A stretch of 63,464 nucleotides of DNA from an uncultured Gemmatimonadaceae bacterium (GCA_964416095.1 CAYQCY010000001.1:7064-70527), one strand, 5' to 3'. Positions 39,413 through 49,330 are shown, numbered from the stretch's first letter. Notes: generated by a model not told the origin, from the letters alone. Program-made: numbers and translations.

Positions 39413-39870
39413 AGTGGAAGAAGATCATCCTGCGGGAGGACGTGGAGAAGCTCGGCGAGGCCGGCGAGATCGTGACGGTCAAGCCCGGCTACGCCCGGAA
39501 CTACCTGATCCCCCGGGGCATGGCGTACGAGGCCACGGATGCGAAGGTGCGCCAGCTCGAAGAGGAGCGGGAGCGGGAGGAGCAGCGGGCGCGGCGTGCC
39601 TACCTGGAGGCGGGCCGGCGGGCGTCGGTGCTGGAGGATCTCTCGTTGACCTTCCAGGCCCGGGCCGGGGAGGAGTCCAAGCTGTTCGGCTCTATCACCT
39701 CGGCGGACATCGCCGACCGGCTGAACGAGCAGGGCTTCGATTTCGAGGTGGACAAGAAGGACATCGAGCTCGACGAGCCCATCAAGGCCCTCGGCGTCTA
39801 CAACGTTCCCATCAAGCTGCACGCCGACGTTCGGCCCGAGATCAAGATCTGGGTCATCAAGGAGGAGTAG
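39409..39870 (+). CDS. rplI: 50S ribosomal protein L9
   Basis: IILREDVEKLG, VKPGYARNYLIP, KLFGSIT, PIKALG. Confidence 0.97.
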   Translation: MKWKKIILREDVEKLGEAGEIVTVKPGYARNYLIPRGMAYEATDAKVRQLEEEREREEQRARRAYLEAGRRASVLEDLSLTFQARAGEESKLFGSITSADIADRLNEQGFDFEVDKKDIELDEPIKALGVYNVPIKLHADVRPEIKIWVIKEE

Positions 39871-39970
39871 CCACGTCGGATTCCCATGGCGTCCCGGGCA
39901 CCGGGCGCGCCGGCCCCGCCGGGCCGGCCCGGTGTCCGGGACGCCGTCCTGCACTTACATTCCTATCGTC

Positions 39971-40372
39971 ATGCATGCTGAGTCGAACCCGGAGCACCGT
40001 GACGCCGGTCGGACGGCCACGGTCGAGTTGGACGAGTATCCTGCGCTGGGCCGGGCCGCGGAGCTGGCGCTGGACCGCAAGGGCCGTGACCTCCAGATCC
40101 TGGATCTCCGGGGCATCTCGAGCGCGACGGACCACTTCCTGATCGTCAGCGGGACATCGGACCTGCACGTGCGGGCCGTCGCCGAGCACATCATCGAAGA
40201 GCTCAAGAAGGACCAGGTCCGGCCGGACCACGTGGAGGGCTTGCGGGGCGGACGCTGGGTTCTCATCGACTACATCGATTTCGTGGTGCACGTCTTCCAC
40301 CCGGACGCCCGGGCGTTCTACCAGCTCGAGCGTCTATGGGGTGATGCGCCCGTGCTGGAGCTGAACGACTGA
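39971..40372 (+). CDS. rsfS: Ribosome silencing factor RsfS
   Basis: DRKG, DHFLIVSGTS, WVLIDY, FYQLERLWGDA. Confidence 0.95.
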   Translation: MHAESNPEHRDAGRTATVELDEYPALGRAAELALDRKGRDLQILDLRGISSATDHFLIVSGTSDLHVRAVAEHIIEELKKDQVRPDHVEGLRGGRWVLIDYIDFVVHVFHPDARAFYQLERLWGDAPVLELND

Positions 40373-40388
40373 GAAGGGAGCCCCCGGG

Positions 40389-43300
40389 ATGACTCGATGC
40401 CTCGGCATCCTCGCCGTCGCAGTGGCGGTGCTGGCGGTCCCCGCCGAGGCGCAATTCGGACGGAACAAGGTCCAGTACCGTGCGTTCGATTTCGAGGTCA
40501 TCAAGACGGAGCACTTCGACGTCCACTTCTATGCGCAGGAGCGCCAGGCGTCCATGGACGCGGCGCGCATGGCGGAACGGGCGTACGCCCGGCTGTCGCG
40601 GCTGCTGCAGCACGAGTTCCGGGAACGCAAGCCGCTGATCCTGTACGCGTCCCACAGCGACTTCCAGCAGACCAACGCCCTGGCCGGCTTCATCGGCGAA
40701 GGCACGGGCGGGGTGACGGAGATCCTGAAGAACCGGGTCATCCTGCCGTTCACGGGGTCGTACGCCGATTTCGAGCACGTGCTGACCCACGAGCTGGTGC
40801 ATGCGTTCCAGTTCGACGTGCTCTTCCGGCACGGCGTCATCGCGGAGACGTCGCCGTCGCTGGGGCGCATCCCGCTCTGGTTCATGGAGGGAATGGCCGA
40901 GTACCTGTCCATCGGCCGCATCGATGCGCACACGGCTTCGTGGGTCCGGGACGCGGCCCTCGGGGGCTACATCCGTAGCGTCGCCGAGATGAACCGGAGG
41001 GATGACTACCTCTCGTACCGGTTCGGCCAGTCGCTCTGGGCCTTCATCGGTGAGAAGTGGGGCGACGAGGTGGTGGGGATCCTGCTCCAGAAGGTGCCCC
41101 GCATGGGGCTGGAGCGGGCGTTCGCGTCGACCCTCGGCCTGACGCTGGACGAGCTCTCCAACGAGTGGCTGACGGCCGTGCGCTCGACCCACCTGCCGGA
41201 GCTCGTGCAGCGCGAAGGACCCGGCCGGTTCGGGACCCGGCTGACGGAGCACGACGCGCTCTACGACCCCTGGTACCTGGCCCCGGCCCTGTCGCCGGAC
41301 GGTGAGCTCGTGGTCTACGCCTCGCAGCGGGACGGGTTCTTCGTGGACCTGTGGCTGGCCGACGCGCGGACCGGCGAGGTGCTGGACCGGCTGGTGAAGT
41401 CGTCCCGGAGCGCGGACTTCGAATCGCTGCGCTACCAGAGCTCGGCGGCCGCCTTCTCGCCCGACGGCGGCTACGTGGCGCTGGCGGCCCAGTCCCGGGG
41501 GCGGGACGCCCTCTACATCTACGACCTGGAGCGCCGCCGGATACGACGGCGGTTGACGTTCCCCGTCAACGGCATCGCCAACCCGTCCTGGGCCCCGGAC
41601 GGGCAGCGCATCGTGTTCACCGGCCTGGACGGCGGGTTGAGCGACCTGTTCGTGACGGACCTGGACGGCAACCTGGAGCGCCTCACCCGGGACCGGTACG
41701 CGGACCTGACACCATCGTGGTCGCCCGACGGCCGCCGGATCGCCTTCACGACGGACCGGGGTCCGGCGACGGACATGGCGCGGCTCCGCTACGGCAATTT
41801 CCGGGTGGCCCTCCTGGAGGTGGCCACCGGCCGCATCGAGCTGCTGCCCGGGCAGGAGGAGGGCACGAACCTGAACCCGGTGTGGGCGCCGGACGGCCGA
41901 TCGCTGGCCTGGGTCAGCGACCGGACCGGGGTCAACGACCTGTACCTGTTCGACCTGGAGCAGAGGGAGCTGGCCCGGGTGACGAACGTGCTTTCCGGGA
42001 TCATCGGGACGAACCACCTGACCCCGGTCCTGTCCTGGGCCCGCGCCGCGCCGCGCCTGGTCTTCGTCTACTTCGAGGACGGCGGCTACAACCTGTACGT
42101 GGTGGAGGACCCGCGCCTGCTACCACGGACGCCGGTCAGGGCGGCGCCGGCCCCTACGGTCGCCTCGGCCTCGAAGTCGGCGGAGCCGGCGTCGCACGGC
42201 ACCGGTCCGTCGCTGCCGGGCACGAACGGGGTGACGCACCCGGCGGCGGCGGAGCCGTCCCTGGAACGGCCTTGGGAGGCGGCCGACAGCTTCCCCGAAT
42301 CCATCTACAGGGCTTCGGGGGCGTTCCGCCTGAGCGCCAGGCCCCCGGGCGGGGCGGACGGGGAGCGCGACGGCCCCCTGTCCGTCGTGGCGCTGCTGGA
42401 CAGCGCGGACATGGCGCTGCCGGACACGTCGGACTTCGACGTCGTGGACTACGACGTCTCCTTCTCGCCCGACATCGTGGGCAGGCCCACCATCGGCGCG
42501 AGCGTGGGCGGCTACTACGGCAACGGGCTGTACGGCGGCAGCTACATCTCCCTGTCGGACATGCTGGGCAACCACAACGTGGTGCTGGCAGGGAACATCA
42601 ACGGGTCCCTCTCCGACGCGGTGTTCTACGGCGGGTACGCCTTTCTGAAGCGGCGGGTCAACTGGGGCGTGTCCTTCCAGCAGGTGCCGTTCTACCGGTA
42701 CCGGGGCCTGCAGTCGTTCGAGCTGGACCACGAGGGCACATCGGAGGAGGCGCTCGCTCACATCTTCGTTCGGGATGTGATCCGCTCGGCCCGGGGCGTG
42801 GCCAGCTACCCGTTCAGCCAGTTCCGGCGCGCCGAGCTCGGGATGAGCGCCGTGTACTTCGAGCGGGACTATCTCCTGCGCGGCGTCTTCCGTGAGTCGG
42901 GCCGGCCCGTGCGCCAGGAAGACCGCATCGGCGATGTCGTCTTCTACGAGCCGTCGGCGGCACTGGTCTTCGACAACGTCATCTTCGGCTGGACCGGCCC
43001 CGTCATGGGGCGGCGCTACCGGATCCAGCTCTCCCGCACGCTGGGCGACTACGCGTACGACGAGGTGTTCCTGGATCTCCGCAACTACTGGAACCTGGAA
43101 CAGACGCTGGTGCTGGGCGGCCGGTTCGTCGCGCTGGTCCGGAACGGACCCGACGCGGACCGGTTCTCCCTCTACTGGGGCGGGCCCTACTTCATCCGCG
43201 GCTACGATGCCACCTCGTTCGACCACGACGGTCCCGAGTGTGCCGGCAGCGGCGTCGCCGCCTGCCCGGCCCGGGACCAACTCATCGGGTCGAGCGCCGC

Positions 43301-43661
43301 CTTCATGAACCTGGAGGTCCGCTTCCCGGTGATCACCGAGCTCCAGCTGGGCTTCCTGGGCGCGTTCCCGCCGGTGGACGCCGTGGCGTTCTTCGACGGC
43401 GGGCTGGCCTGGGACAACGAGGTCTGCACCACGCTGAGCGTCGATCCCACGGCAGGCTGCCCCGGCGCCCGGCCGGTGCACGTGGTCTGGGAGCGAGGGA
43501 AGGGCCAGGATCCGTATCTCTATCGGGCGCCCCTGCTCAGCTACGGGCTCGGGCTCCGGCTCAACGTCTTCTACGCGATCCTCCGGCTGGACTACGCGTT
43601 CCCGCTGAGCCGGCCGGACAGGAGCGGCGTCTTCTCCGTTTCGTTCGGGCCGTCGTTCTGA
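40389..43661 (+). CDS. Outer-membrane fusion: MA-type zinc peptidase + PD40/TolB propeller + Omp85 barrel
   Basis: Signal peptide; HELVH plus WFMEGMAEY; SPDG repeats; IRGY loop-6 motif; terminal aromatic FGPSF. Confidence 0.8.
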   Translation: MTRCLGILAVAVAVLAVPAEAQFGRNKVQYRAFDFEVIKTEHFDVHFYAQERQASMDAARMAERAYARLSRLLQHEFRERKPLILYASHSDFQQTNALAGFIGEGTGGVTEILKNRVILPFTGSYADFEHVLTHELVHAFQFDVLFRHGVIAETSPSLGRIPLWFMEGMAEYLSIGRIDAHTASWVRDAALGGYIRSVAEMNRRDDYLSYRFGQSLWAFIGEKWGDEVVGILLQKVPRMGLERAFASTLGLTLDELSNEWLTAVRSTHLPELVQREGPGRFGTRLTEHDALYDPWYLAPALSPDGELVVYASQRDGFFVDLWLADARTGEVLDRLVKSSRSADFESLRYQSSAAAFSPDGGYVALAAQSRGRDALYIYDLERRRIRRRLTFPVNGIANPSWAPDGQRIVFTGLDGGLSDLFVTDLDGNLERLTRDRYADLTPSWSPDGRRIAFTTDRGPATDMARLRYGNFRVALLEVATGRIELLPGQEEGTNLNPVWAPDGRSLAWVSDRTGVNDLYLFDLEQRELARVTNVLSGIIGTNHLTPVLSWARAAPRLVFVYFEDGGYNLYVVEDPRLLPRTPVRAAPAPTVASASKSAEPASHGTGPSLPGTNGVTHPAAAEPSLERPWEAADSFPESIYRASGAFRLSARPPGGADGERDGPLSVVALLDSADMALPDTSDFDVVDYDVSFSPDIVGRPTIGASVGGYYGNGLYGGSYISLSDMLGNHNVVLAGNINGSLSDAVFYGGYAFLKRRVNWGVSFQQVPFYRYRGLQSFELDHEGTSEEALAHIFVRDVIRSARGVASYPFSQFRRAELGMSAVYFERDYLLRGVFRESGRPVRQEDRIGDVVFYEPSAALVFDNVIFGWTGPVMGRRYRIQLSRTLGDYAYDEVFLDLRNYWNLEQTLVLGGRFVALVRNGPDADRFSLYWGGPYFIRGYDATSFDHDGPECAGSGVAACPARDQLIGSSAAFMNLEVRFPVITELQLGFLGAFPPVDAVAFFDGGLAWDNEVCTTLSVDPTAGCPGARPVHVVWERGKGQDPYLYRAPLLSYGLGLRLNVFYAILRLDYAFPLSRPDRSGVFSVSFGPSF

Positions 43662-43791
43662 GCGCGCGGCGGGGGCGGGACGCGGGCCTTTTTTCGAGTG
43701 GTCGGCGGCCTTATCATACCATGATCATCCGGTACACGGCTCCCGGCTCCGGGAGCGCATCGAGACCCACAACTCTGATCGGTTCCGACGC

Positions 43792-45168
43792 ATGAGCCTG
43801 GACGCACGGCCCGCCCCCACACCCTTCGACCTGGAAGGGGGCGAGGCCCCGCCTGCTCTGGACGACGAACGGATGCTCGGGCCCGGCGCGCCGCCGGTGC
43901 TCCTGGTCGTCGTCGGGCGGGGAGCCCGCTCGACGGGCTGGGCGGCGAGGGCGACGGTCGCCATTGTCCGGCACCTTGCCGGGGGCCGGAGCGTGGTGCT
44001 GGCCGACCTGAGCATGGACCGGCCCGAGCTCCACGATCTGCTGGGCGTCTCCAACCTGGAGGGGCTACCGGACATCTTCCTCTTCGGTGCGTCGGTGGCC
44101 CGGGTCGCCCAGGCGGTGCCGGGCGAGCCCTTCGAGCTGGTGGCTGCAGGTTCCTACGTCCCGGACGCCCGCGAGATCGTGGCCTCGCCGCGTTGGGAAC
44201 GGATCGCCGAGGAGTACCGCATGGGCGGCGCCACCCTGGTGGCGTTCGTGCCCGCCGACGCCCCGGGCGTGGAGGAGCTGGCCGGGCGCATGGGCGCGGC
44301 GCTGGTGCTGGCGGAGCCGGAGGAGGCCGACGCCGTGGCAGGCCGGCTCCCGGAGTCGTGCACGGTGCACGGCATCCTGACCCCGGCCCGGGACGTGGAG
44401 GAGGCCGCGGATCGCGAGACCGGGGCCGAGCTCGAGCCGCGTCCCCCGCTGGACGACCTGAGCACGCCGCCGGTTCTACGGCAGCCGGGCCGGCGCCGGC
44501 GCACCTCGCGGCTGCTCCTGGTGCTGTTGCTGGTGCTCCTGGCCGTCGCGGCCTGGTACTTCTACAAGGAGTACATGGCCGGGTCGGCGGAGCCGGCGCC
44601 GGCGGAACCCGTCACGACGGAAGCGGCCGCGCCGGCGGAGCCGGCACGGACACGGGGCGAGCCCGCCGGCGCCGAGCTCGGTGTGTCGGTGAACGTGGCC
44701 ATCTACCAGAGCTACGAGATGGCCCGGGACCGGCTCGACGAGCTGCGCCGCGGCGAACCGTCCGTGGGCTTCTATCTGTCCCCGTTCGAGCAGGACGGCG
44801 TGCGCTACTATCGACTCCAGGCGGGGCCGGCGGCGGACCCGGCCGGGGGGCGCGCGCTGCTCCGGCGACTGTACGATGCGGGCCAGATCACGGCCATGGA
44901 GGACTACGCGGTCCGTCCCACCACCTGGGCGTTCCGGATCGGGGACTACGACACCCTGGACGCGGCCCGGGCCCGGCAGCGGACGCTGGCGGAGCAGGGC
45001 GTGCCGTGCTACGTGGTGGAGATCCCCTACACCTCCGGTCCATCCCGCTACCGTCTGTACGGCGGGGCGTACGAGTACCGGGCGGAGGCGCAGGCCATGG
45101 CAGCTCTCCTCGAGGCTTCGGACATCGAGGCGGAGCTCGTCGAACGAACGGGGCGGCCTATCGTATGA
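43792..45168 (+). CDS. MinD/CapB-like (no Walker A) domain + TM helix + SPOR-like domain protein
   Basis: VVLADLSMDRPELHDLLGVSNLEGL resembles MinD/BY-kinase core; RRRR-LLLVLLLVLLAVAAWYF TM; C-terminal YRLQAGP and YRLYGGAY SPOR-like strands. Confidence 0.65.
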   Translation: MSLDARPAPTPFDLEGGEAPPALDDERMLGPGAPPVLLVVVGRGARSTGWAARATVAIVRHLAGGRSVVLADLSMDRPELHDLLGVSNLEGLPDIFLFGASVARVAQAVPGEPFELVAAGSYVPDAREIVASPRWERIAEEYRMGGATLVAFVPADAPGVEELAGRMGAALVLAEPEEADAVAGRLPESCTVHGILTPARDVEEAADRETGAELEPRPPLDDLSTPPVLRQPGRRRRTSRLLLVLLLVLLAVAAWYFYKEYMAGSAEPAPAEPVTTEAAAPAEPARTRGEPAGAELGVSVNVAIYQSYEMARDRLDELRRGEPSVGFYLSPFEQDGVRYYRLQAGPAADPAGGRALLRRLYDAGQITAMEDYAVRPTTWAFRIGDYDTLDAARARQRTLAEQGVPCYVVEIPYTSGPSRYRLYGGAYEYRAEAQAMAALLEASDIEAELVERTGRPIV

Positions 45169-48100
45169 AGCTCCGCAGGTTGCGTCTCCACGGGTTCAAG
45201 TCATTCGCCGACACGACGGATATGGAGTTCCACGATGGCATCACGGCCATCGTGGGTCCCAACGGCTGTGGCAAGTCCAACATCAGCGATGCGATCCGCT
45301 GGGTCCTTGGCGAGCAGCGTCCCACGGCCATCCGGGGCGCGCGCATGGACGAGGCGATCTTCCAGGGCACCACGAACCGACGCGGGCTGAACCGCGCGGA
45401 GGTGGCCCTCGTGGTGTCCAACGACGAGCGCACCCTCGCCATGCCGCACGACGAGATCGAGATCCGGCGCACCGTCTTCCGGGAGGAAGGCAGCGAGTAC
45501 GAGCTGAACCGGGAGCCGGTGCGGCTGCGCGACATCCTGGACGTGTGCCGGGATACGGGACTCGGCGCCAACGCCTACGCGGTCATCGAGCAGGGCATGG
45601 TGGACGCCATCCTCTCCGACCGGCCGGATGAGCGGCGGCACCTGTTCGAGGAGGCCGCGGGGATCGGTCGCTACAAGGATCGCCGCAGGGCCGCCCAGCG
45701 GCGCCTGGACGCCACCGAAGCCGACCTGGCCCGGCTGGAGGACATCATCTCCGAGGTCCAGACCAAGGTGCGTAGCCTGGCCCGGCAGCGGAGCAAGGCG
45801 GAACGATACGAGCAGCTTCGCGCCCGGCGGTTGAACCTGGAGGTGGCCGTAGCCGGCGCGGACCTGGACGCGGTGCAGGGCGACCTGGCCACGGCCGAGG
45901 AGCGCCTGAAGGGCCTGTCCCGGGACGAGCCCACGGCCCGGACCGAGCTGGCCACCGCCGAGGCCGAGCTGGAACGGCGCCGTACGGAAGCGGCGGACGT
46001 AGCCCGCCGGCGGAACGAGGCGGCCCGCGGGCTGGAGGAGGTGAACCAGTCGATCGCGGGGCGGGAGCGGGAGCTGGCGGTGGCCCAGGAGCGGCGGGCA
46101 CATGCCCAGCGTCGTCTGCAGCAGATCGAGGGTGATCGCGACGACCTGCGTCGGCGGATCACGACGCTGCGGGACGAGGTGGAGGAGCTGGAGCGTGATG
46201 CCGTGGAGCGGAAGGAGAGCTTCGCCGCACTGGCCGAGCGCCTGGAGGCGGTTCGGGACAGACAGCGGGCCATGCGGGAAGAGCTCTCCGCCGCACGCCA
46301 GAAGGAAGAGAAGGCGCGGGAGCGGGAGGAGGACCTGGCCCGCCGCATCGCACGGCTCGAGGGGGATGCCCGGTCGACCGAAGTGCGCGCGGCCGAGGCG
46401 GACGAGCGTGCGGAGCGGCTGGACCTGGAAGAGGAGGAGCTCGAGGCCGAGCTGGCCCGTCTGGACGAGCAGGGCGACCTCTTCGAGGCCCGGGCGGACG
46501 AGCTGGCCGCTCGGCACGATGCCCTGGCCTCGGACCTGGAGGCTACCCGCGAGCAGGTGGAGGCGTTGCGGCAGGAGGAACAGGAGGCCCGGCGGGCGTT
46601 CAACGAGGCCGAGGACCGGGCGAACCTCCTTGCGGCTCGCCTGGCGGCGGTGGAGGCCCTGGAACGGGAGGACCACGGGTTCGGACCCGCGGTGGCCGCC
46701 GTGCTCGCCGCCCGGGACCGGCTGGAAGGCCTGGCCGGTCCGCTGGCCGAGTTCCTGGAGATGGACCCGGACCGGGCTGCAGCGGTCGAGGATGCGCTGG
46801 GATCGCTGCTCCAGGCCATCGTCGTCGAGGATGAGGCGGCCGTCGACCGGATCCGGGCATGGATGGCGGCGGAGGCCGAGGAGACGGGCGTTCTGGCCCT
46901 GCTGCCCCGGGAGACGCTGGATCGGGTCCGGGGACTGCTGGAGGCGGTCCGGTTCGCCGGTGAGCCGGCCTCGGAGCCGGTGCTCATCGGTCGGCGTGAG
47001 CGCCTGGCGTCGCTACGCTCGGACGTGGAAGAAGCGAGACGGGTGCGGGACGCCAGGGACGCGGCCCGGGCCTCCCTGGGTGAGGGCGTGCAGGGCGCCG
47101 AGGCCGAGTCCCGGGAGCTGGAGGAGCAGTACCGGGGCGTCGAGCTGGAGCTGCGGCGTCTCGAAGCGGACGAGGCGGCCCGGAGCGGCCAGCGGGCCCG
47201 GGCGGAGCGGTCGCGCCACGAGATCGAGCGGCAGCGAGCGGGGCTTCTTGCGGCCGCGGAGCAGGCCCGGGCGGAGGCGGCGTCGGCCCGGGAGGAGAAG
47301 AACCGGCTCGAGAGCGAGCTGGAGACGCGGCAGGACGCGCGGCGGGAGGCCGGCAAGGCGCTGGACGCGCGGCAGGCGGCCTGGGAGGAGGTCCGTGAGG
47401 AGGAAGCCGAGCTGCGGGTGGCGCATGCCCGGGAAGAGGCGGCGCTGGCGGAGCTGGACCGGCGCAGGGCGGGCGCCGAGGAGTCCATCGAGCACGCCGA
47501 GTCCCGTCTCCAGGCGCTGGACGCCGAGGAGGAGGAGCACCACCGGACGTTGGAGGAGCTGGAGACGACGCGGGAAGAGGCCGAGGCGGATCTGGAGGCG
47601 CTGTTCGGACGGAGAGACGAGGCGGCCGCCTCCCTGTCCGAGCTGGACCGGCTGCTGGAGGAAGCGGCCAGCGCGGCGGATGAGCTGGAGACCAGGGCGC
47701 GGGCGTTGCGGCGCACGGCCGAGAGCAAGGGCGAGGAACGGCACAAGCTGGAGCTGGTCGTGGCCCAGGGCCAGGCGGTGCGGAACCGGGTGCACGAGCG
47801 GCTGGAGCTGGAGTGGGGGCGCGGGCTCGAGGAGCTGCGCCGGGAGGCGGAGCCGGTGGACGGAGACGTGGAAGCGCTCCGCGGCGAGCTGAACCAGCTC
47901 GTCGCCGACCTGGACCGGCTCGGGCCCATCAACATGCTCGCCGTGGAGGAGTACGAGGAGGAAAAGGAGCGCCTCGACTTCCTCGAGAGCCAGCGGGACG
48001 ACCTGGTGGAGGCCCGGAACGACCTGGATACGGCCATCCGGCAGATCAACCGCACGGCCAAACAGCTTTTCCGGGACACGTTCGAGAAGGTGCAGGCCAA

Positions 48101-48539
48101 CTTCGACCGCACCTTCGCCATCCTCTTCGAGGGCGGGCAGTGCGGGCTCGTCCTCTCGGACCCGGATGACCCCCTGGAGTCGGACATCGAGGTGTCCGCG
48201 TCGCCGCGGGGCAAGAAGACGCAGCGGATCCACCTGCTCAGCGGCGGCGAACGGGCGCTCACCGCCCTGGCGCTGCTCTTCGCCATCTACCTGGTGAAGC
48301 CGAGCCCGTTCTGCGTGCTGGACGAGGTCGATGCCCCACTGGACGAGGCCAACATCGGGCGCTTCCTCCACATGCTGGACGAGTTCAAGGGCCAGACCCA
48401 GTTCATCGTCATCACGCACAACCCCCGCACCATGGAAGCGGCCGATTGGATCTACGGCGTGACCATGGAGGAGGCGGGCGTGAGCTCCATCGTGGGCGTG
48501 CAGATGGACGAGGTCCTCGCCATGGAGAGCGTCGAGTAA
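45165..48539 (+). CDS. smc: Chromosome segregation protein SMC (1124 aa, short hinge)
   Basis: GFKSF, GPNGCGKSN Walker A, IEQG Q-loop, long coiled coils, LSGGE signature, LDEVDAPLD, ITH. Confidence 0.96.
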   Translation: MKLRRLRLHGFKSFADTTDMEFHDGITAIVGPNGCGKSNISDAIRWVLGEQRPTAIRGARMDEAIFQGTTNRRGLNRAEVALVVSNDERTLAMPHDEIEIRRTVFREEGSEYELNREPVRLRDILDVCRDTGLGANAYAVIEQGMVDAILSDRPDERRHLFEEAAGIGRYKDRRRAAQRRLDATEADLARLEDIISEVQTKVRSLARQRSKAERYEQLRARRLNLEVAVAGADLDAVQGDLATAEERLKGLSRDEPTARTELATAEAELERRRTEAADVARRRNEAARGLEEVNQSIAGRERELAVAQERRAHAQRRLQQIEGDRDDLRRRITTLRDEVEELERDAVERKESFAALAERLEAVRDRQRAMREELSAARQKEEKAREREEDLARRIARLEGDARSTEVRAAEADERAERLDLEEEELEAELARLDEQGDLFEARADELAARHDALASDLEATREQVEALRQEEQEARRAFNEAEDRANLLAARLAAVEALEREDHGFGPAVAAVLAARDRLEGLAGPLAEFLEMDPDRAAAVEDALGSLLQAIVVEDEAAVDRIRAWMAAEAEETGVLALLPRETLDRVRGLLEAVRFAGEPASEPVLIGRRERLASLRSDVEEARRVRDARDAARASLGEGVQGAEAESRELEEQYRGVELELRRLEADEAARSGQRARAERSRHEIERQRAGLLAAAEQARAEAASAREEKNRLESELETRQDARREAGKALDARQAAWEEVREEEAELRVAHAREEAALAELDRRRAGAEESIEHAESRLQALDAEEEEHHRTLEELETTREEAEADLEALFGRRDEAAASLSELDRLLEEAASAADELETRARALRRTAESKGEERHKLELVVAQGQAVRNRVHERLELEWGRGLEELRREAEPVDGDVEALRGELNQLVADLDRLGPINMLAVEEYEEEKERLDFLESQRDDLVEARNDLDTAIRQINRTAKQLFRDTFEKVQANFDRTFAILFEGGQCGLVLSDPDDPLESDIEVSASPRGKKTQRIHLLSGGERALTALALLFAIYLVKPSPFCVLDEVDAPLDEANIGRFLHMLDEFKGQTQFIVITHNPRTMEAADWIYGVTMEEAGVSSIVGVQMDEVLAMESVE

Positions 48540-48544
48540 CGAAA

Positions 48545-49330
48545 GTGCGCCTTACCATCCTGGGGTCCGGGACCGCGGCGCCCGAGGCCGAGCGCGTATG
48601 CTCGGCCTACCTCGTGGAGGCCGGCGCCACCCGCCTGCTCCTGGACTGCGGGCCCGGCGCCGTCCACCACGCAGCCCTGTTCGGGGCGGACTGGCGCGGT
48701 ATCACCCATGTGGCCCTGACCCACTTCCACAACGACCACATCGGGGACCTGCCGTACCTCTTTTTCGCGTGGGCCTGGGGCTCGACGGAGCCCCGGTCGG
48801 CGCCCCTGACCCTGGTGGGGCCCGTGGGGACCCGGTCCCTGCTGGGAGCCATGGCGGATCTCTTCGGCGCTCACCTGGCCGAACCGGCGTTTCCCGTGGA
48901 GGTCCTTGAGGTGGGCCACGGCGACATCCTGGAGCTCGGTGGCGTCACCATGCGGGTGCACGGCACGCGCCACACGGAGGCATCGTTGGCGTACCGCGTC
49001 GAGGCCGATGGCTCCATCGGGTACACGGGCGATACGGGGCCCGACGACGCGCTGGCCACGTTCCTGACCGGGCTGGACCTGCTCATCGCCGAGTGTTCCC
49101 TGCCGGACGAGGAGCGCCTCGAGGGCCACCTCACGCCGGCCACGCTGGCGGCCATGGCCCGGCGGGCGAACCCGCGGCGCCTGGTGGTGGCCCACGTCTA
49201 CCCGCAGCTCGCGGAGCGCGATGTGGCGTCGCTCCTGGCCGGGGCGGGCTGGACGGGCCGGACCGTGCGGGCCCGGGACGGGCTCGTGCTGGACACGGGC
49301 TCGGTGGACGTCGGGGGCGTCCAGGGCTAG
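48545..49330 (+). CDS. MBL-fold metallohydrolase (RNase Z/BN-like)
   Basis: LGSGT, LLDCG, THFHNDHIGD, H, YTGDTG, ECS, H. Confidence 0.88.
   Translation: MRLTILGSGTAAPEAERVCSAYLVEAGATRLLLDCGPGAVHHAALFGADWRGITHVALTHFHNDHIGDLPYLFFAWAWGSTEPRSAPLTLVGPVGTRSLLGAMADLFGAHLAEPAFPVEVLEVGHGDILELGGVTMRVHGTRHTEASLAYRVEADGSIGYTGDTGPDDALATFLTGLDLLIAECSLPDEERLEGHLTPATLAAMARRANPRRLVVAHVYPQLAERDVASLLAGAGWTGRTVRARDGLVLDTGSVDVGGVQG

Noticed and set aside
44193-45164. Apparent 324-aa N-terminal extension of SMC in the ORF track
   Set aside because: It is an Arg/Gly-rich off-frame read of the upstream gene. SMC begins at MKLRRL (45165), which overlaps the upstream stop codon.
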